Part shown: piece by piece, positions 63,990 through 64,000 of the stretch
Layout: each line of letters starts with the position of its first letter
How positions within the stretch are numbered: position 1 is the stretch's first letter
Origin: Eledone cirrhosa
Lineage: Eukaryota
DNA length: 64,000 bases
Direction: 5' to 3'
NCBI GenBank assembly: GCA_964016885.1
Contig: OZ024762.1
Span: 23,374,001 to 23,438,000, forward strand
The notes under the pieces: generated by a model
Told to the model about the DNA's origin: nothing
Seen by the model: the letters and a program-made list of their open reading frames with translations, nothing else
The model's database searches: none
Position numbers and translations under genes: made by a program

Positions 63990-64000
63990 GTATATATATA

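Overview
AT-rich, microsatellite-saturated eukaryotic DNA with no recognisable host gene. The dominant tRNA-derived SINE resembles octopod (cephalopod) SINEs, so the taxon is inferred, not shown. Almost all long ORFs in the track are (TA)n/(TG)n/(CT)n artefacts. The real content is mobile DNA nested in (TA)n: one near-full-length Penelope-like element (PLE; RT + GIY-YIG, 5366-9381) with inverted and direct pseudo-LTRs, three GIY-YIG fragments of a second PLE clade, two SINE families, an RTE-type LINE 3' end, two tiny mariner-type MITEs and an array of 8 apparently identical 615-bp units. Reading by hand finds more than 20 intact or decayed type I hammerhead ribozyme (HHR) motifs from about 9 sequence families. 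Most sit in short two-armed insertions with the left arm on -, the right arm on +, both 3' ends running into (TA)n, and one arm carrying a family-specific 40-105 nt tail. The best candidate for an undescribed system is a non-coding, circularly permuted ~430-480 nt monomer family (12302-13010, 55990-57036, 62662-63533). It combines an ATGCAAAT octamer, a covarying rod-like stem and a minimal HHR, i.e. a retrozyme-like RNA probably mobilised by PLEs. A second tandem-HHR family lies at 24573-25343. All folds and alignments were done by eye and coordinates may be off by a few bases.
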